Source: Thermoproteota archaeon
Lineage (GTDB): Archaea > Korarchaeota > Korarchaeia > Korarchaeales > Korarchaeaceae
Reading direction: 5' to 3'
Length of the DNA: 64,000 nucleotides
NCBI GenBank assembly: GCA_027492205.1
Contig: JAOZFN010000007.1
Span: forward strand, 219,278 to 283,277
Shown here: piece by piece, positions 9,257 through 19,881 of the stretch
How the letters are laid out: each line of letters starts with the position of its first letter
Position numbering within the stretch: the stretch's first letter is position 1
The notes under the pieces: model-generated
What the model saw: the letters and a program-made list of their open reading frames with translations, nothing else
What the model was told of the DNA's origin: nothing
Databases searched by the model: none
Translations under genes and position numbers: made by a program

Positions 9257-10004
9257 TCGCGTCCACATCTGGGACCCCCTGAGCCAAAGAGAGGAGGATC
9301 GCTTGACCTGCCCAAGCCGCCGCAAACTTGGATAACCTATCGGCCATCTTGCGCAGCTGACTCAAATCCACCTTGAAGCGCGCCCCCTCGCACTCCGTTC
9401 TCAGGAGAAGGAGCCCGCCAGCCGGTGCGGGTCGCACGATCCTTCGGCCGCGCACGGAAAGCTCCAGCGCGAAGCCGACGATTCGCCTGATCATCTCCCA
9501 GCAGAATCTCTCCCCTCGGAAGATCAGAGCCCTAGAGAGTGGAAAGAGGTCCAGCAGGCCAATCTCCGGGAAGGGGGCGTCGCCCTGCCTGCAGAAGGCG
9601 CCCCCTCCCATTGATCTTGCCTCCCCAAGGGCCTGGACCAGTGAGCCTTTTGACGGGACTAGCAGGCTCGGCGAGGAGTACAAGTACACCTTCTCCAGGC
9701 ACCTCAGGTCGCCTGGTCCGCTCAGGCTGCCCAGAGCCCAAGCAGACAAGTCTTCGGGGAGCCGATCGTTCAGCCTGCCTAGGATCGGGTCGCTGGCCGC
9801 CCTGAAGACGACCACGTTGTCGAGCGCCGACGCTCCCCTGTCGGTCCTGCTGGTGACCCTTATTCCACCACGCGGGTCCAGGTACCCCAAGTCGAGAAGT
9901 GCGTCCTCGAGCTCACTCTGCACCGTCCTCAGACCTGGCTGTTTCGTGAAACCGAAGAACCCCGCGCCCAGGTAGGCTATCCGGAGCGCGACCCAGCCGG
10001 TCAC
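9207..10004 (-). CDS. truA: tRNA pseudouridine(38-40) synthase TruA, divergent
   Basis: ALRIAYLG.GFFGF.KQPGLRTVQ, SRTDRGASA, F.WEMIRRIVG, PAPAGGLLL; start set at GTG 10004. Confidence 0.85.
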   Translation of the reverse strand: MTGWVALRIAYLGAGFFGFTKQPGLRTVQSELEDALLDLGYLDPRGGIRVTSRTDRGASALDNVVVFRAASDPILGRLNDRLPEDLSAWALGSLSGPGDLRCLEKVYLYSSPSLLVPSKGSLVQALGEARSMGGGAFCRQGDAPFPEIGLLDLFPLSRALIFRGERFCWEMIRRIVGFALELSVRGRRIVRPAPAGGLLLLRTECEGARFKVDLSQLRKMADRLSKFAAAWAGQAILLSLAQGVPDVDAIISSSRSLFGSPRRTT

Positions 10005-10020
10005 CCTGACCCGCCGTCCC

Positions 10021-11484
10021 GTGGGGAGCATGGATAATATTGCCGCGGGCGTGTATCGCGGCGACCCCGTCTTGAGCCCCGAGTCCGCGCTGAGGGAACT
10101 CGTGGAGGGGATGAAGGAGGAGCTGAGACCAACCCCCTCGGAGAGGGGGCGGGTCAGGGGGGCCATAAGTGAGTCAGTCGCGAGGTTAAGATCCGCCCTG
10201 CGGGATCTGGGCATCCCTGCGGAGCCGGTTCCTGTTGGCTCGGCCGTCAGGGACACCTGGCTCCCGGGCAAGGCGGACATCGACGTATTCCTCCTCTTTC
10301 CACTGGACTACCCCTACGAGGGGCTGGGGCCGGCGGCGCTGGCCGCGGCGGAGAGGGCCTTCGGGGAGTACCGCGTCCGGTATGCCAGTCACCCCTACGC
10401 CGTGGTGACCTTTAGAGGGTTCGAGATCGACGTGGTTCCTGCGTACGCCGTCTCTAGCTACGAGGAGATCAGGTCCCCCGTGGACAGAACCGTTCTCCAC
10501 AACAGGTTCCTCCAGAGGAAGCTCAACGATCGGCTACGGGACGAGATAAGGGTCCTTAAGGCGTTTATGAGGGGCATAGAGGCGTACGGAGCGGAGCTGG
10601 CCATCTCGGGGTTCAGCGGATATCTGACGGAACTCCTGATACTGGCGTACGGCTCTTTCACCAGCCTGGTGGATGAGGCGGCCGGCTGGGGTTCGCGGGT
10701 CGTGCTGGCCCTGGAGGGGGGCGTGCCTGAATGGGTCAGGGAGTCCACGGACCCTCTGATAGTGATAGACCCGGTGGACCCAAGGAGGAACGTGGCCTCC
10801 GCCGTAAGCGAGACGCAGTTCAATAGGTTCAAGGCAGCGTGCAGGGCCCTCTTGAGGAGTCCGAGTAGAGAGTTCTTCGTGGAGAAGGGCCTGCCTCCGG
10901 TCGGCCTAGAGGATGTGAGGGGCGAGCTGAATCGGAGGGGCACTCACCTCCTCCTGATCCTCTTCGACGGGCTTAGGGAAGCGCCGGACACCCTTTGGTC
11001 GCAGGCCATATCGGGGGCTCGGAGGCTCATGAGGTCCCTCGACGAGTGCGGATTCCTGCCTATCCAAGCAAAGGGGTGGACAGACGAGGAGGGGAGGGTG
11101 GCCCTGATAGCCGAGGTTGAGAGGACGGAGCTTTCGAGGATCGTCCGCAGGGTTGGGCCAGAGGTGGGTGGTCCTGGCGAGGGGGACTTCCTGGAGAAGC
11201 ACCTGGGGGCGAGGGACACCCTCGGTGGTCCCTTCATCGAGGGATCTAGGTGGGTGGCTTACAAGCTCAGGAGTCCCGGCGACATCTGGGAGTTCACCAA
11301 GGAATTTCTGGGAGAGAGGGGGCCCCTCCCGAAGATCCTCAGGGCCTCGGCCAGGCGCGCCCGAGTGCTGACCGAGGCCGACCCGGAGTTCCCGGCGTGG
11401 GGGGACCTGCTCCCCGTCATCTGGGAGATGCTTCTCAGGCGCAGGGACTTCTTTGCCCGCTACCTAGCCTCTCCTGAAGGCTGA
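10021..11484 (+). CDS. cca: Archaeal class I CCA-adding enzyme (true start probably 10072 or 10111)
   Basis: VGSAVRDTWL.G..DIDVF, YASHPY, DVVP, VDRT..H, GFSGYLTELLI, DPVDPRRNVA. Confidence 0.95.
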   Translation: MGSMDNIAAGVYRGDPVLSPESALRELVEGMKEELRPTPSERGRVRGAISESVARLRSALRDLGIPAEPVPVGSAVRDTWLPGKADIDVFLLFPLDYPYEGLGPAALAAAERAFGEYRVRYASHPYAVVTFRGFEIDVVPAYAVSSYEEIRSPVDRTVLHNRFLQRKLNDRLRDEIRVLKAFMRGIEAYGAELAISGFSGYLTELLILAYGSFTSLVDEAAGWGSRVVLALEGGVPEWVRESTDPLIVIDPVDPRRNVASAVSETQFNRFKAACRALLRSPSREFFVEKGLPPVGLEDVRGELNRRGTHLLLILFDGLREAPDTLWSQAISGARRLMRSLDECGFLPIQAKGWTDEEGRVALIAEVERTELSRIVRRVGPEVGGPGEGDFLEKHLGARDTLGGPFIEGSRWVAYKLRSPGDIWEFTKEFLGERGPLPKILRASARRARVLTEADPEFPAWGDLLPVIWEMLLRRRDFFARYLASPEG

Positions 11485-12741
11485 GAGCCCGGGATAGACC
11501 GCGACCGACCCCAGGTCCTCCTCGATCTCCAAGAGCCTGTTGTACTTGGCCACTCGCTCTCCCCTCGCTGGGGCACCCGTCTTGATCTGCCCGGCGTTTA
11601 TCGCGACCGCAAGGTCGGCTATGGCCGAGTCGGTCGTCTCCCCCGATCTGTGGCTCACGATCACCGAGTAGCCGTTGCTCTGAGCCAGTCTAGCCGCCTC
11701 CAGCGCCTCCGTGAGGGTTCCGACCTGGTTTATCTTCCACAGCAGAGAGTTAGCCGCCCCCTTGGAGATCCCGATCTTGAGGCGGCTCACGTTGGTGGTG
11801 AAGTAGTCGTCCCCGACTATCTGGACACGGTCCCCCAGCTCCCTCGTCATCCTAGCCAGGGTCTCGAAGTCCTCCTCATAGAATGGATCCTCCACGCTTA
11901 TGATGGGGTACTCCTCGAGCAGCCTCTCGTAGTAGTCCAGCAGGGCCTCGGTCGACAGCTCTCTGCCGTCTATGGAGTATGTGCCGTCCCTGTAGAAGCT
12001 GCTGGCGGCGGCGTCCAATGCCAAGAAGACCTTCCCGTCGTGGCCCGCCGCCTCTATGGCCGACATGAGGGCGTCAAGGGCCTCCCTGGTCTCCTTCATG
12101 GGTGGAGCGTATCCTCCCTCGTCTCCCAGGTTCTTCGCGCCCTTCCCGTACCGATCAACTAGGATTCGCCCCAGCTCCATGTACACCTCGACGGCCGCGT
12201 AGAGGGCATCGCGGAAGGACTCGAACGCCGCGGGGACTATCATGAACTCTTGGATAGCGAGGTCGTTACCCGCGTGGAGTCCGCCGTTCAAGACGTTCAG
12301 CAGGGGAACTGGGAGAACGTGGGCGTTGGAACCTCCAACGTACCTGTAGAGGGGTACCCTCAGGCCAACGGCCGCGGCCTTGGCGACCGCCACGGAGACG
12401 GAGAGTATCGCGTTCGCCCCGAACCTCGACTTGTCGGGGGTGCCGTCGGCCTCCACCATGGCCAGGTCTATCTCCCGCTGCATCCTCACGTCCCTGCCTA
12501 TCACCACGGCCGCAAGCGGCCCCTCGACGTTGGCGACGGCCCTGAGGACCCCCTTCCCTCCCAACCTCTTCCCGCCGTCTCTCAGCTCAACGGCCTCGTG
12601 AACACCCTTTGAGGCTCCTGAGGGAACGGAAAACGAGCCAACAAAGCCTCCTGAGGTCCTAACCCAGGTCTTAACGGTTGGATTGCCCCTGGAGTCTAGG
12701 ACCTCCATGGACCTCACGTCCTCGATGAGGAACTCTTTCAT
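11464..12741 (-). CDS. eno: Enolase
   Basis: EVLDSRGNPTV, VPSGAS.G.HEAVELRD, GDEGG, SHRSGET, QIKTGAPARGERVAKYN; ATG 12741. Confidence 0.98.
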   Translation of the reverse strand: MKEFLIEDVRSMEVLDSRGNPTVKTWVRTSGGFVGSFSVPSGASKGVHEAVELRDGGKRLGGKGVLRAVANVEGPLAAVVIGRDVRMQREIDLAMVEADGTPDKSRFGANAILSVSVAVAKAAAVGLRVPLYRYVGGSNAHVLPVPLLNVLNGGLHAGNDLAIQEFMIVPAAFESFRDALYAAVEVYMELGRILVDRYGKGAKNLGDEGGYAPPMKETREALDALMSAIEAAGHDGKVFLALDAAASSFYRDGTYSIDGRELSTEALLDYYERLLEEYPIISVEDPFYEEDFETLARMTRELGDRVQIVGDDYFTTNVSRLKIGISKGAANSLLWKINQVGTLTEALEAARLAQSNGYSVIVSHRSGETTDSAIADLAVAINAGQIKTGAPARGERVAKYNRLLEIEEDLGSVAVYPGLSAFRRG

Positions 12742-12981
12742 CGCGACACACCCCCTGACCAGGCGGGCCGCCGGCCCGCTCCGGCCGGATCTCAGGTTCT
12801 GGCTGCGATGCCTTATAGCTCTTCTCAAACTCCACCGGAAGACGTTCCTCAGCCTTGAACGCGACCTCCTAATTACCCTGCTGATTTTCCGGTGGGGAGG
12901 GTGACGGTGAAGGTCCCTCTCTCGGATTGAACGTACCACTGGTTTTATTTCTGGGTCACCCAGGCCAATCGGCGAGCGGCC

Positions 12982-14091
12982 ATGAGCGGGAAGGAGAGTG
13001 AGAAGAAGGAGGAAAAGATTGAGGTCCCCGAGGAGGAGAGGGCCCTCGCATCTCGCATGCTCGAGCGCCTGATCTCCACCCCCACGGTCACGGGGATGGA
13101 GCGGGCCGCCGAGGAGGTTGTTAGGGAGCTTCTGGGGCCCTACGTTGACGAGCTCCGCGTCACGGGGTGGGCCAACTACGTCGGCACAATAAACCCAGAG
13201 GGGAAAAGGTCCGTCATGCTGGTGGCCCACATTGACCAGATAGGCTTCATCGTCAGGGCAATCGATGACAAGGGGTACCTGAAGTTCTCACCCGTCGGAG
13301 GCTGGGATCCAAAGGTCCCCTACGGCTGGAGGGTAAAGGTCCTTACCAAGAAGGGGGCCATCAAGGGAGTCATCGGAACGATCCCGCCTCACCTTATGAA
13401 GAAGGAGCAGAGAGACAAGCCGCCGGAGTTTGAGAACCTCGCCATAGACGTCGGAGCGGAGAGCAAGGAACAGGCGGAGGAGATGGGGGTGAGGATCGGA
13501 GACTACGTGGTCCTCGACGCGCCCTACGACGAGCTGACCAAGTACAGGGTCGTCGGGAGCGGGTTCGACGACAAGTCAGGCGTGGCGACGATCTTCATGG
13601 CCGCCAAGAGGCTGTGGGAGAGGAAGGAAGAGCTGAGGGACGTGAGGGTCCACGTGGTGGCCACGGTCCAAGAGGAGATAGGGCTCAGGGGCGCCTACAT
13701 GATGGGGTACGAGCTGAGGCCCGACGTGGCCCTCGTGGTCGACGTCACCTTCGCGACCTCGCCCGGCCTGCCGCCCGAGAAGGTCAGGGCCGAGCTGGGC
13801 AAGGGCCCGGTGATCTCCATAGGACCCATCTACCACCCGGAGGTGGTCGAGAGGCTCCTGAAGGTCGCGGAGGAGAGGGAGATACCCCACCAGAGGGAGG
13901 CCGACCCCAGGGGAATGGGGACGGACACCTGGGCCATACAGATAGCCCGGGGCGGCGTGAAGACGGCCCTCTCGTCCATCCCCAACAGGTACATGCACAG
14001 CGGTGTCGAGGTCGTGGACCTAAGGGACCTGGTGCTGAACAGCAGGCTCTTGGCCGAGTACGTGCTGGACTGGGCCAAGGAGGGGTCCTGA
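12982..14091 (+). CDS. M42 family aminopeptidase (TET-like)
   Basis: AHIDQIG, FDDKSG, VQEEIGLRGA, VDVT, RYMHS..E. Confidence 0.93.
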   Translation: MSGKESEKKEEKIEVPEEERALASRMLERLISTPTVTGMERAAEEVVRELLGPYVDELRVTGWANYVGTINPEGKRSVMLVAHIDQIGFIVRAIDDKGYLKFSPVGGWDPKVPYGWRVKVLTKKGAIKGVIGTIPPHLMKKEQRDKPPEFENLAIDVGAESKEQAEEMGVRIGDYVVLDAPYDELTKYRVVGSGFDDKSGVATIFMAAKRLWERKEELRDVRVHVVATVQEEIGLRGAYMMGYELRPDVALVVDVTFATSPGLPPEKVRAELGKGPVISIGPIYHPEVVERLLKVAEEREIPHQREADPRGMGTDTWAIQIARGGVKTALSSIPNRYMHSGVEVVDLRDLVLNSRLLAEYVLDWAKEGS

Positions 14092-14099
14092 GGGCTGTC

Positions 14100-14465
14100 T
14101 CAGCAGGTGACGTGGAAGAGGGCCGCCACCCTCCTCCCCTCTTTCACGAGCCTATTGTACTCCCGCAGAGCCTCACCCGTTCTCTTCGCGATCAGCTCCG
14201 CACCCAGCTTCCTGGCCGCCTCCTCGACGCCGACCAGTGGGAGCGCCCCGAACTGTCCGGTTCCCACCACGATCACCTCGGGCCTGTAGTCCCTGAAGTA
14301 GGCGAGGATCTCGTCGCCCGTAAGCGGGGTGTGGCCGAACCTCGACCTGAGGGACTTGGAGAACTCCTTCCTCCTGGGGCGAACCTCGTCGGTCAGGACG
14401 ACGTCGTGCCTGTACCGCTTGCCGTCTATCACTATGTAGCCGAAGCCCGTGGACTCCGCGCGCAT
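14100..14465 (-). CDS. Mth938-like domain protein
   Basis: FGYIVIDGKRY.HDVV, PEVIVVGTGQ.G, A.REYN, ALFHVTC. Confidence 0.9.
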   Translation of the reverse strand: MRAESTGFGYIVIDGKRYRHDVVLTDEVRPRRKEFSKSLRSRFGHTPLTGDEILAYFRDYRPEVIVVGTGQFGALPLVGVEEAARKLGAELIAKRTGEALREYNRLVKEGRRVAALFHVTC

Positions 14466-14581
14466 TGTCCAAGATATTTTACACACGCACCTTTAATAGC
14501 AGCTTCGACTCGCCCCCTATCCCCCGCGGGCCGATCGCATCGCCCAGATGAGGAGGACAGCCACAGCTAACAGGGTCGCCA

Positions 14582-15999
14582 TTAGTAAAGCGACCGATCG
14601 GGTGAGGCCACCCAGCATGGTACCGGATTTGGATCTCCACAAGGGACGAAGCCCCACTTCCGACAAGTTCTCCGGAGCCCAGAGGTAGTAGAGGTCCGAT
14701 CGGGGGGAGAAGTACCTAAGTCTGGCTTCGCAGGGAAGACATCCAGCGAGACGGGGTGCAGGCCACTAGAGCAGAGGGCCGCGTCGCAGCCTAAAACAGC
14801 CTCGATTTCGGCCGAATCCCACGATATGATCCCTTCTGAGATTATCTTCGGCCTGCGTCCTGGGTGTGCAAACGCCACGGCGTGAACTCGGCCCTCATCG
14901 ATGGAGACACCCAAAACGACGGCATCCTCTATAAGAAGCGACTTGAACCCTTTGAAACTGGTCGGCGTGGTTAGCATGCGGGTCTCGGCGGCCTCCGCGC
15001 TAGGAAGTTGAATGAACGCCGCCCTCTCCCGATGGATCGCCATCTCGATCATCGAGCCCGAAGGGCCCACCTGCGCCCGGAGGGGTCTCCCGGCCCTATC
15101 CAAGGCCAGGGCGAGGGATCTGGGGTCTCCTCCTGACAGCCAAGCGCTTCCCGCTGAGAGAACCAGTGAGTTCTCCGCGGCGGAGATGACCGACAAATTG
15201 ACCGACCACTCGCCCTTGAGAATGCCTTCGGGAGCGGTGACCTCGTAACGTCCCCCGCCCGTGGAGCAGATCGCAGGCAGCACAAAGCATGTCACCTGAG
15301 CCTCCGGTAGACCAGCAGGCCACTCAGAGGTGGAGGAGTCAAACGATAGGACGAAGGAACTGACGAGGTCGTTGCCCCACTCCGAGGTGCCAGAGACGTA
15401 TATTTTCCCCTGGGCAGAGCCGACCGAAGTCGCAGCGTCTCTCGCAGGGGTGTCAAAGGCCCACGCGCCTAAAACCCCCCGCCAGCGTCGACTAGGAGCA
15501 CCAGCGCGCTTTCGTTGACCCCATAGCCACAGCTACCAGACACCACCAGAATACCATCTTAAAAGGTGGAAGACCGCAAATTCGCCTCAGATACTGCCTT
15601 AATCCATTTTAGGCTTCCATCCCATCCTAGATGAATTATTAAGGACTGATAAGTCTCGTAGGCGTTACCAATAATGAATACGCCATCTGCGCTGAGGGAC
15701 AGCGAGGTCGGGACGAGGCCTCCTCTGATGGATATCTGCCTAGACTACATCAATCGACCCTCAGAGTCAAAGCAAGCAACTACTGCCTCAGGACGAACTT
15801 CCACATACTCTTTCAAAAGAACACAGGTAGAACCTTGAAAGAACTCAGCCCCTACAGGGACAGTTCTTGCATCCAACTCCCGAGCCGTTTTTGACGAGAC
15901 CGACATAGCCGCTGATCCGAGCAAAATGACGGATAGTATGATTGAAATCCTTAGTTTTCTTCCTGGATTTCTCCCAAGGATTACTAACCTCTCCAGCAC
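14582..15999 (-). pseudogene. Disrupted secreted beta-propeller-like protein
   Basis: N-terminal signal/TM segment; frame continues through TAG 15745-47 and TAA 15559-61, frameshifts at G6T4 (15471-80) into ORF 14582-15295; repeated D..G...W blades (DSEGRLM*, WDGSLKW, DAGG..GAW). Confidence 0.7.
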
Positions 16000-16444
16000 C
16001 TACCGTTCCCCCATTCGCTCAATCTCTCACTAACCCTAGCCCTCGTTGTGACGTAAACAGAGTAGAATGAAAGCTCAGCGTATGCGTGTCCTTCAACATA
16101 GACGATATTACCACTTACCAAATTGCGGTGATCTTTGGAAGTGACTACTTTCCAACCTGGTTTAATTATTTGTACGCTATGTCGTGTGTCGTATCTGCTC
16201 ATGAATCGATATCCTCCGGGAAATTCATAGCCCTCCACTTCAATTACAAGGGTTAGATAACCCACTTTATCCCAGTACTAGTATATTGGTGTTCTACATT
16301 GCAGCTGATAAGAGAAGGGATCCGGCACCAGATATTCGGGTTGTGTACTGTTTAAGTTGCTGTAGACGCTTTGAGTGACGGAGAGGTGGATAAAGCAAGA
16401 AGGAATACTAGAAGTGCGAGTATCAAAATCTTGGTCCTATTCAT
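15984..16444 (-). pseudogene. Disrupted small secreted protein (about 150 aa)
   Basis: ATG 16444 MNRTKILILALLVFLLALSTSPSLKA signal peptide; frameshift near 16355, TAG 16278-80, then ORF 15984-16265; low GC. Confidence 0.6.
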
Positions 16445-16555
16445 CGAGTTTTGATTTCTAAGTGAAGTACTTTTAAGTTTAACGTCGCGCAGTGTATTTT
16501 TGGCACGACACGCGAGCAATCAAGTCTTGGTTTTTTACCATTGAATATTACACAT

Positions 16556-18211
16556 TTATAGTTTTGGAATTTTAAGTTCGAATGCGGCGACGGGCGTTTT
16601 GATCTTGTTCAGCTCCAGCACCTCCGGGTTGACCTCGCCCACAACCCCGGCGACCTCTCCTGATATGAGTATCTCAGCGGTCCTGCCCGGCAGGAGCGTC
16701 GGGTACCTAGCTGGCCTGACCTCGAACTCGACCGCCAGGTTCCTCAGGAGCGCGTAGAGGTCGGCCTGTATGTCCTCGAATCCCACCTCGCTGTCCGCTA
16801 TGGCGGCGCAGACCCTCCTCTCGTCCCTCGCTCCCGTCTCGGCAGACTCGTCGGGTATCACCACGTCGCCCACCTCGAACACCTTCTGCGGGAGGGGCGC
16901 GCCCGTGTTCCTGGCGAGGAACGCGATCACGCCCGGCAGGAGCGAGTCCCTGAGAACTGAGTAGGAGGCCGTCACTGGATTCGCCACCTCGACCACCGGG
17001 GATTCCGGCCTGAGGACCCTCTCGAACAACGCCTCCCTGCTCGTCATCACGTAGTTCAGTATCTCCTGGTAGCCCAGCCCGATCATCAGCGTCCGCACGA
17101 GGGAGGAAGCCTTCTCGATTGGGTGTCTGCAGCCGAATGTGGATACCCAGGCGGGGAGTTCTGGCTCGAGCCTGTCATAGCCTACGGCCTGCGCGACCTC
17201 CTCTACCACATCGACCGGGTGGAGGAAGTCGAACCTGTAGGGAGGGATCAGCACCCTCACCGAGTCCCCCTTAACCTCCGCCCCCAGTCTGACCCTCCTC
17301 AGCAGGTCAGCGATCTCCTCCGGAGTCAGGTTGAGGCCCATCACGGAGTTCACGTACTTCACCTCCACCGTCAGCTCCGACGTGGAGAGGTCGGGCGTGA
17401 TCAGCTCCCCTGGCTCTCCCGGATATCTGACCACTACCGTCCCTATCCTGCCCCCCCTCTCGGCCAGCGCCGTGGTGATCAGCACGAGGGCCTGCGAGAT
17501 GGCCCTCAGGTCGGGGCCCGTCACGTCGATGAACAGGTTCCGCGTGGACTCGGTCACCCTCGTCAGCTCCCCGTTCAGGATGGGCGGAACCGAGAGGACG
17601 TCGCCCTTCGAGTCGCGGAGCACGGGGACCACCGAGCCATCGCCAACCAGGTGAGTGTACTCCCTGCCCTTCTCGGTCCGGCTGAGCATCTCCCTCGCCG
17701 TCATCTCCTCCGCCTCTCCGAGAGGAACGAACCTCACTCGGTCCGAGGGCTCTGCACCGTAGGAGATGGGGGGCTCGATCACGTCGGCGTTGTGGATCCC
17801 CATTGACATCTTTCGCCTGTCCCTCCCCAGCGTCTGGTGGAGCTTCTCCTGAGCCCTCATAAGCGCCACCAGGGCATCCTCGTCGAGTTCCACACCCTCC
17901 ACGACGGCGCCAACCACGTACGGCCTTACCCGCTCGACCGAGGGGTCCACGCGGACCTTCCATCCGGAGTCGAAGGTGTCGTACCTTGGGAGCCCCGCCT
18001 CCTTGCCCATGATGCCCTTCAGCGCCCTCGCAATCCCCTCCACGGTCACGAGGTCAAGCCTGTCGGGCGTCACCTCCAGTTCGAGCTCCCCCTCCTCCTC
18101 GCCCTCGAAGCCCACCTTCACCCGCGCCAGGAGGTCCCCGAGGGACTCCATCGGGATGGGTTCTCCCACGAGCTTGCACAGGTCCGAGTAACTGACCGAT
18201 ATCACGGGCAT
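16556..18211 (-). CDS. pheT: Phenylalanine-tRNA ligase beta subunit
   Basis: EVTPDRLDL..VEGIAR, QEKLH..GRDRRK, PPYRFDFLHPVDVVEEVA, LRDSLLPG. Confidence 0.97.
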   Translation of the reverse strand: MPVISVSYSDLCKLVGEPIPMESLGDLLARVKVGFEGEEEGELELEVTPDRLDLVTVEGIARALKGIMGKEAGLPRYDTFDSGWKVRVDPSVERVRPYVVGAVVEGVELDEDALVALMRAQEKLHQTLGRDRRKMSMGIHNADVIEPPISYGAEPSDRVRFVPLGEAEEMTAREMLSRTEKGREYTHLVGDGSVVPVLRDSKGDVLSVPPILNGELTRVTESTRNLFIDVTGPDLRAISQALVLITTALAERGGRIGTVVVRYPGEPGELITPDLSTSELTVEVKYVNSVMGLNLTPEEIADLLRRVRLGAEVKGDSVRVLIPPYRFDFLHPVDVVEEVAQAVGYDRLEPELPAWVSTFGCRHPIEKASSLVRTLMIGLGYQEILNYVMTSREALFERVLRPESPVVEVANPVTASYSVLRDSLLPGVIAFLARNTGAPLPQKVFEVGDVVIPDESAETGARDERRVCAAIADSEVGFEDIQADLYALLRNLAVEFEVRPARYPTLLPGRTAEILISGEVAGVVGEVNPEVLELNKIKTPVAAFELKIPKL

Positions 18212-18212
18212 G

Positions 18213-19721
18213 CTACCACCTCGCCGGGAACTCCCTGAGGAACTGGAGATCCTGGCTGTGCAGGTCCCTGATGTCCTCTATGCCGAGCCTCACCATCGCC
18301 AGCCTACCTATCCCGATCCCCCAGGCCAGAGCCTGGACCCTCGGGTACTCGTAGCCCAGCGGGATGAGGACCTCCGGCCTGAACAGACCCGACCCCGCGA
18401 TCTCTATCCACCCCAGCTCGGGGTGCTTGACGTAGGCCTCGACGCTCGGCTCCGTGAACGGGAAGTAGGCTGGCTTGAAGGCCACCTCGTCGAACCCCAG
18501 CTTGTTGGCGAACTCCCTCAGGTACCCGAGGAGGTGCCTCACGGTCAGCCCCTCGGCCAGAACCACACCCTCGCACTGGTGGAACTCCATGGAGTGGGTC
18601 CTGTCGAGGGCCTCAGGTCGGAAGACCCGGTCGATGACGAATATCTTCAGCGGCAGCTCCTTCCTGCTTGCCAGCGTCCTTGCGGAGGCTGAGGTCGTCT
18701 GAGATCTGAGCATCAGCCTCATGGCCGTGTCGAAGCTCCACCGATACCTCCAGCCCGTGGAGCCGGTCCTCCACCCGTCCTCGTGGGTCCTCCTGACCCT
18801 CTCGACCAGGGACTCGTCCGGGGTCCTCGGGGCGCGTGAGGGATACGCCAGCGCGTAGGAGTCGTGGACCTCCCTGGCAGGGTGATCTTGAGCCTGGAAC
18901 AGGACGTCGAAGTTCCAGAACTCCATCTCCACGATGGGGCTCTTCACCTCCTCGAAGCCCATCCCTATCAGGATCTCTCTGACCTCCTCCAGGAACTGGA
19001 CGTACGGATGGGACTTGCCGGGGTACACGGTGGGGGGTGGGAGAGTCACGTCGTAGGACTTGAGCCTGACGTTCCTCCAGGCGCCGGTCTCGATCAGCTC
19101 CCTGGTGAGCTTCGCCACCTCTATCGCCACAGGCACCTCGCCGCGTGCCACGCGGAGGCCGTCCTCCGTCAGGCTGATCGTGAACTGCGCCTGCTCCTCC
19201 TCCCTCACGAGCCCCCTAGACCTCAGCCTCTTGACCACCTCCTCCGGCACGTGCTCCCCGGCGGCAGCGGCCCTCAGCGCCTCGGTCAGAGGAACCTCTT
19301 CCGGAGCCTTAGTCAGCCCGACGACGGTCTCACCGTCCACCTTCTGGAAGGAGATCCAGCCCGCCCTCTTGGCCTCGCCAAGGGCCGCGTCCAACTCCGC
19401 CTTGTCGGCGAAGAGGCCGGACTCCCTCACGACCCTGAGCGGGGCCGAGCCGCCTGACGATCTGAGCAGACTCAGGAGGCGCTCCTCCGGTAAACCATGA
19501 TCCAGGGCCTCCCGACCTCTCTCGGTGAGCCTGAGAACCTTCTTCACGCGCCTCTTGACGCGGACAAGGCCCTTGTCCGAGAGCAGGGAGGCGAGGGCCA
19601 GGGCCGCGCTTCGGTCCATGGGCAGCCGGTCGACGTCCGACTCGCTCCCCAGGTCGGCTAGGAGCCTGAGCAGCCTGAGCTCTCCCTCCGTTAGCGGGAC
19701 TTCGCTAACCAAGGACATCAC
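18213..19721 (-). CDS. pheS: Phenylalanine-tRNA ligase alpha subunit
   Basis: FWNFDVLFQAQDHPARE.HD, FRPE..DRTH..EFHQ, YFPFTEPS, GLFRPE. Confidence 0.98.
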   Translation of the reverse strand: MMSLVSEVPLTEGELRLLRLLADLGSESDVDRLPMDRSAALALASLLSDKGLVRVKRRVKKVLRLTERGREALDHGLPEERLLSLLRSSGGSAPLRVVRESGLFADKAELDAALGEAKRAGWISFQKVDGETVVGLTKAPEEVPLTEALRAAAAGEHVPEEVVKRLRSRGLVREEEQAQFTISLTEDGLRVARGEVPVAIEVAKLTRELIETGAWRNVRLKSYDVTLPPPTVYPGKSHPYVQFLEEVREILIGMGFEEVKSPIVEMEFWNFDVLFQAQDHPAREVHDSYALAYPSRAPRTPDESLVERVRRTHEDGWRTGSTGWRYRWSFDTAMRLMLRSQTTSASARTLASRKELPLKIFVIDRVFRPEALDRTHSMEFHQCEGVVLAEGLTVRHLLGYLREFANKLGFDEVAFKPAYFPFTEPSVEAYVKHPELGWIEIAGSGLFRPEVLIPLGYEYPRVQALAWGIGIGRLAMVRLGIEDIRDLHSQDLQFLREFPARW

Positions 19722-19881
19722 CCCTGAAGACAGGCGTTCGCGACGCGGGAGGGGACGAGGGCGTTCCGCCCGCGATAGGAGAAGGACCGAACTCGGTCGG
19801 GTGGAGCGGGCCGATCAGGGCCGGGTAAATTGGCAGGACATCCCCTCCTCCCCAGCTCGGCGAGGTCTACCCCGGACCTAA

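Noticed and set aside
11464-13230. Apparent N-terminal extensions or fusions on enolase, HypA, HybD, TruA and the FDH beta subunit in the ORF track
   Set aside because: Artefacts of choosing the most upstream start; the extensions overlap neighbouring genes and family-typical starts lie downstream
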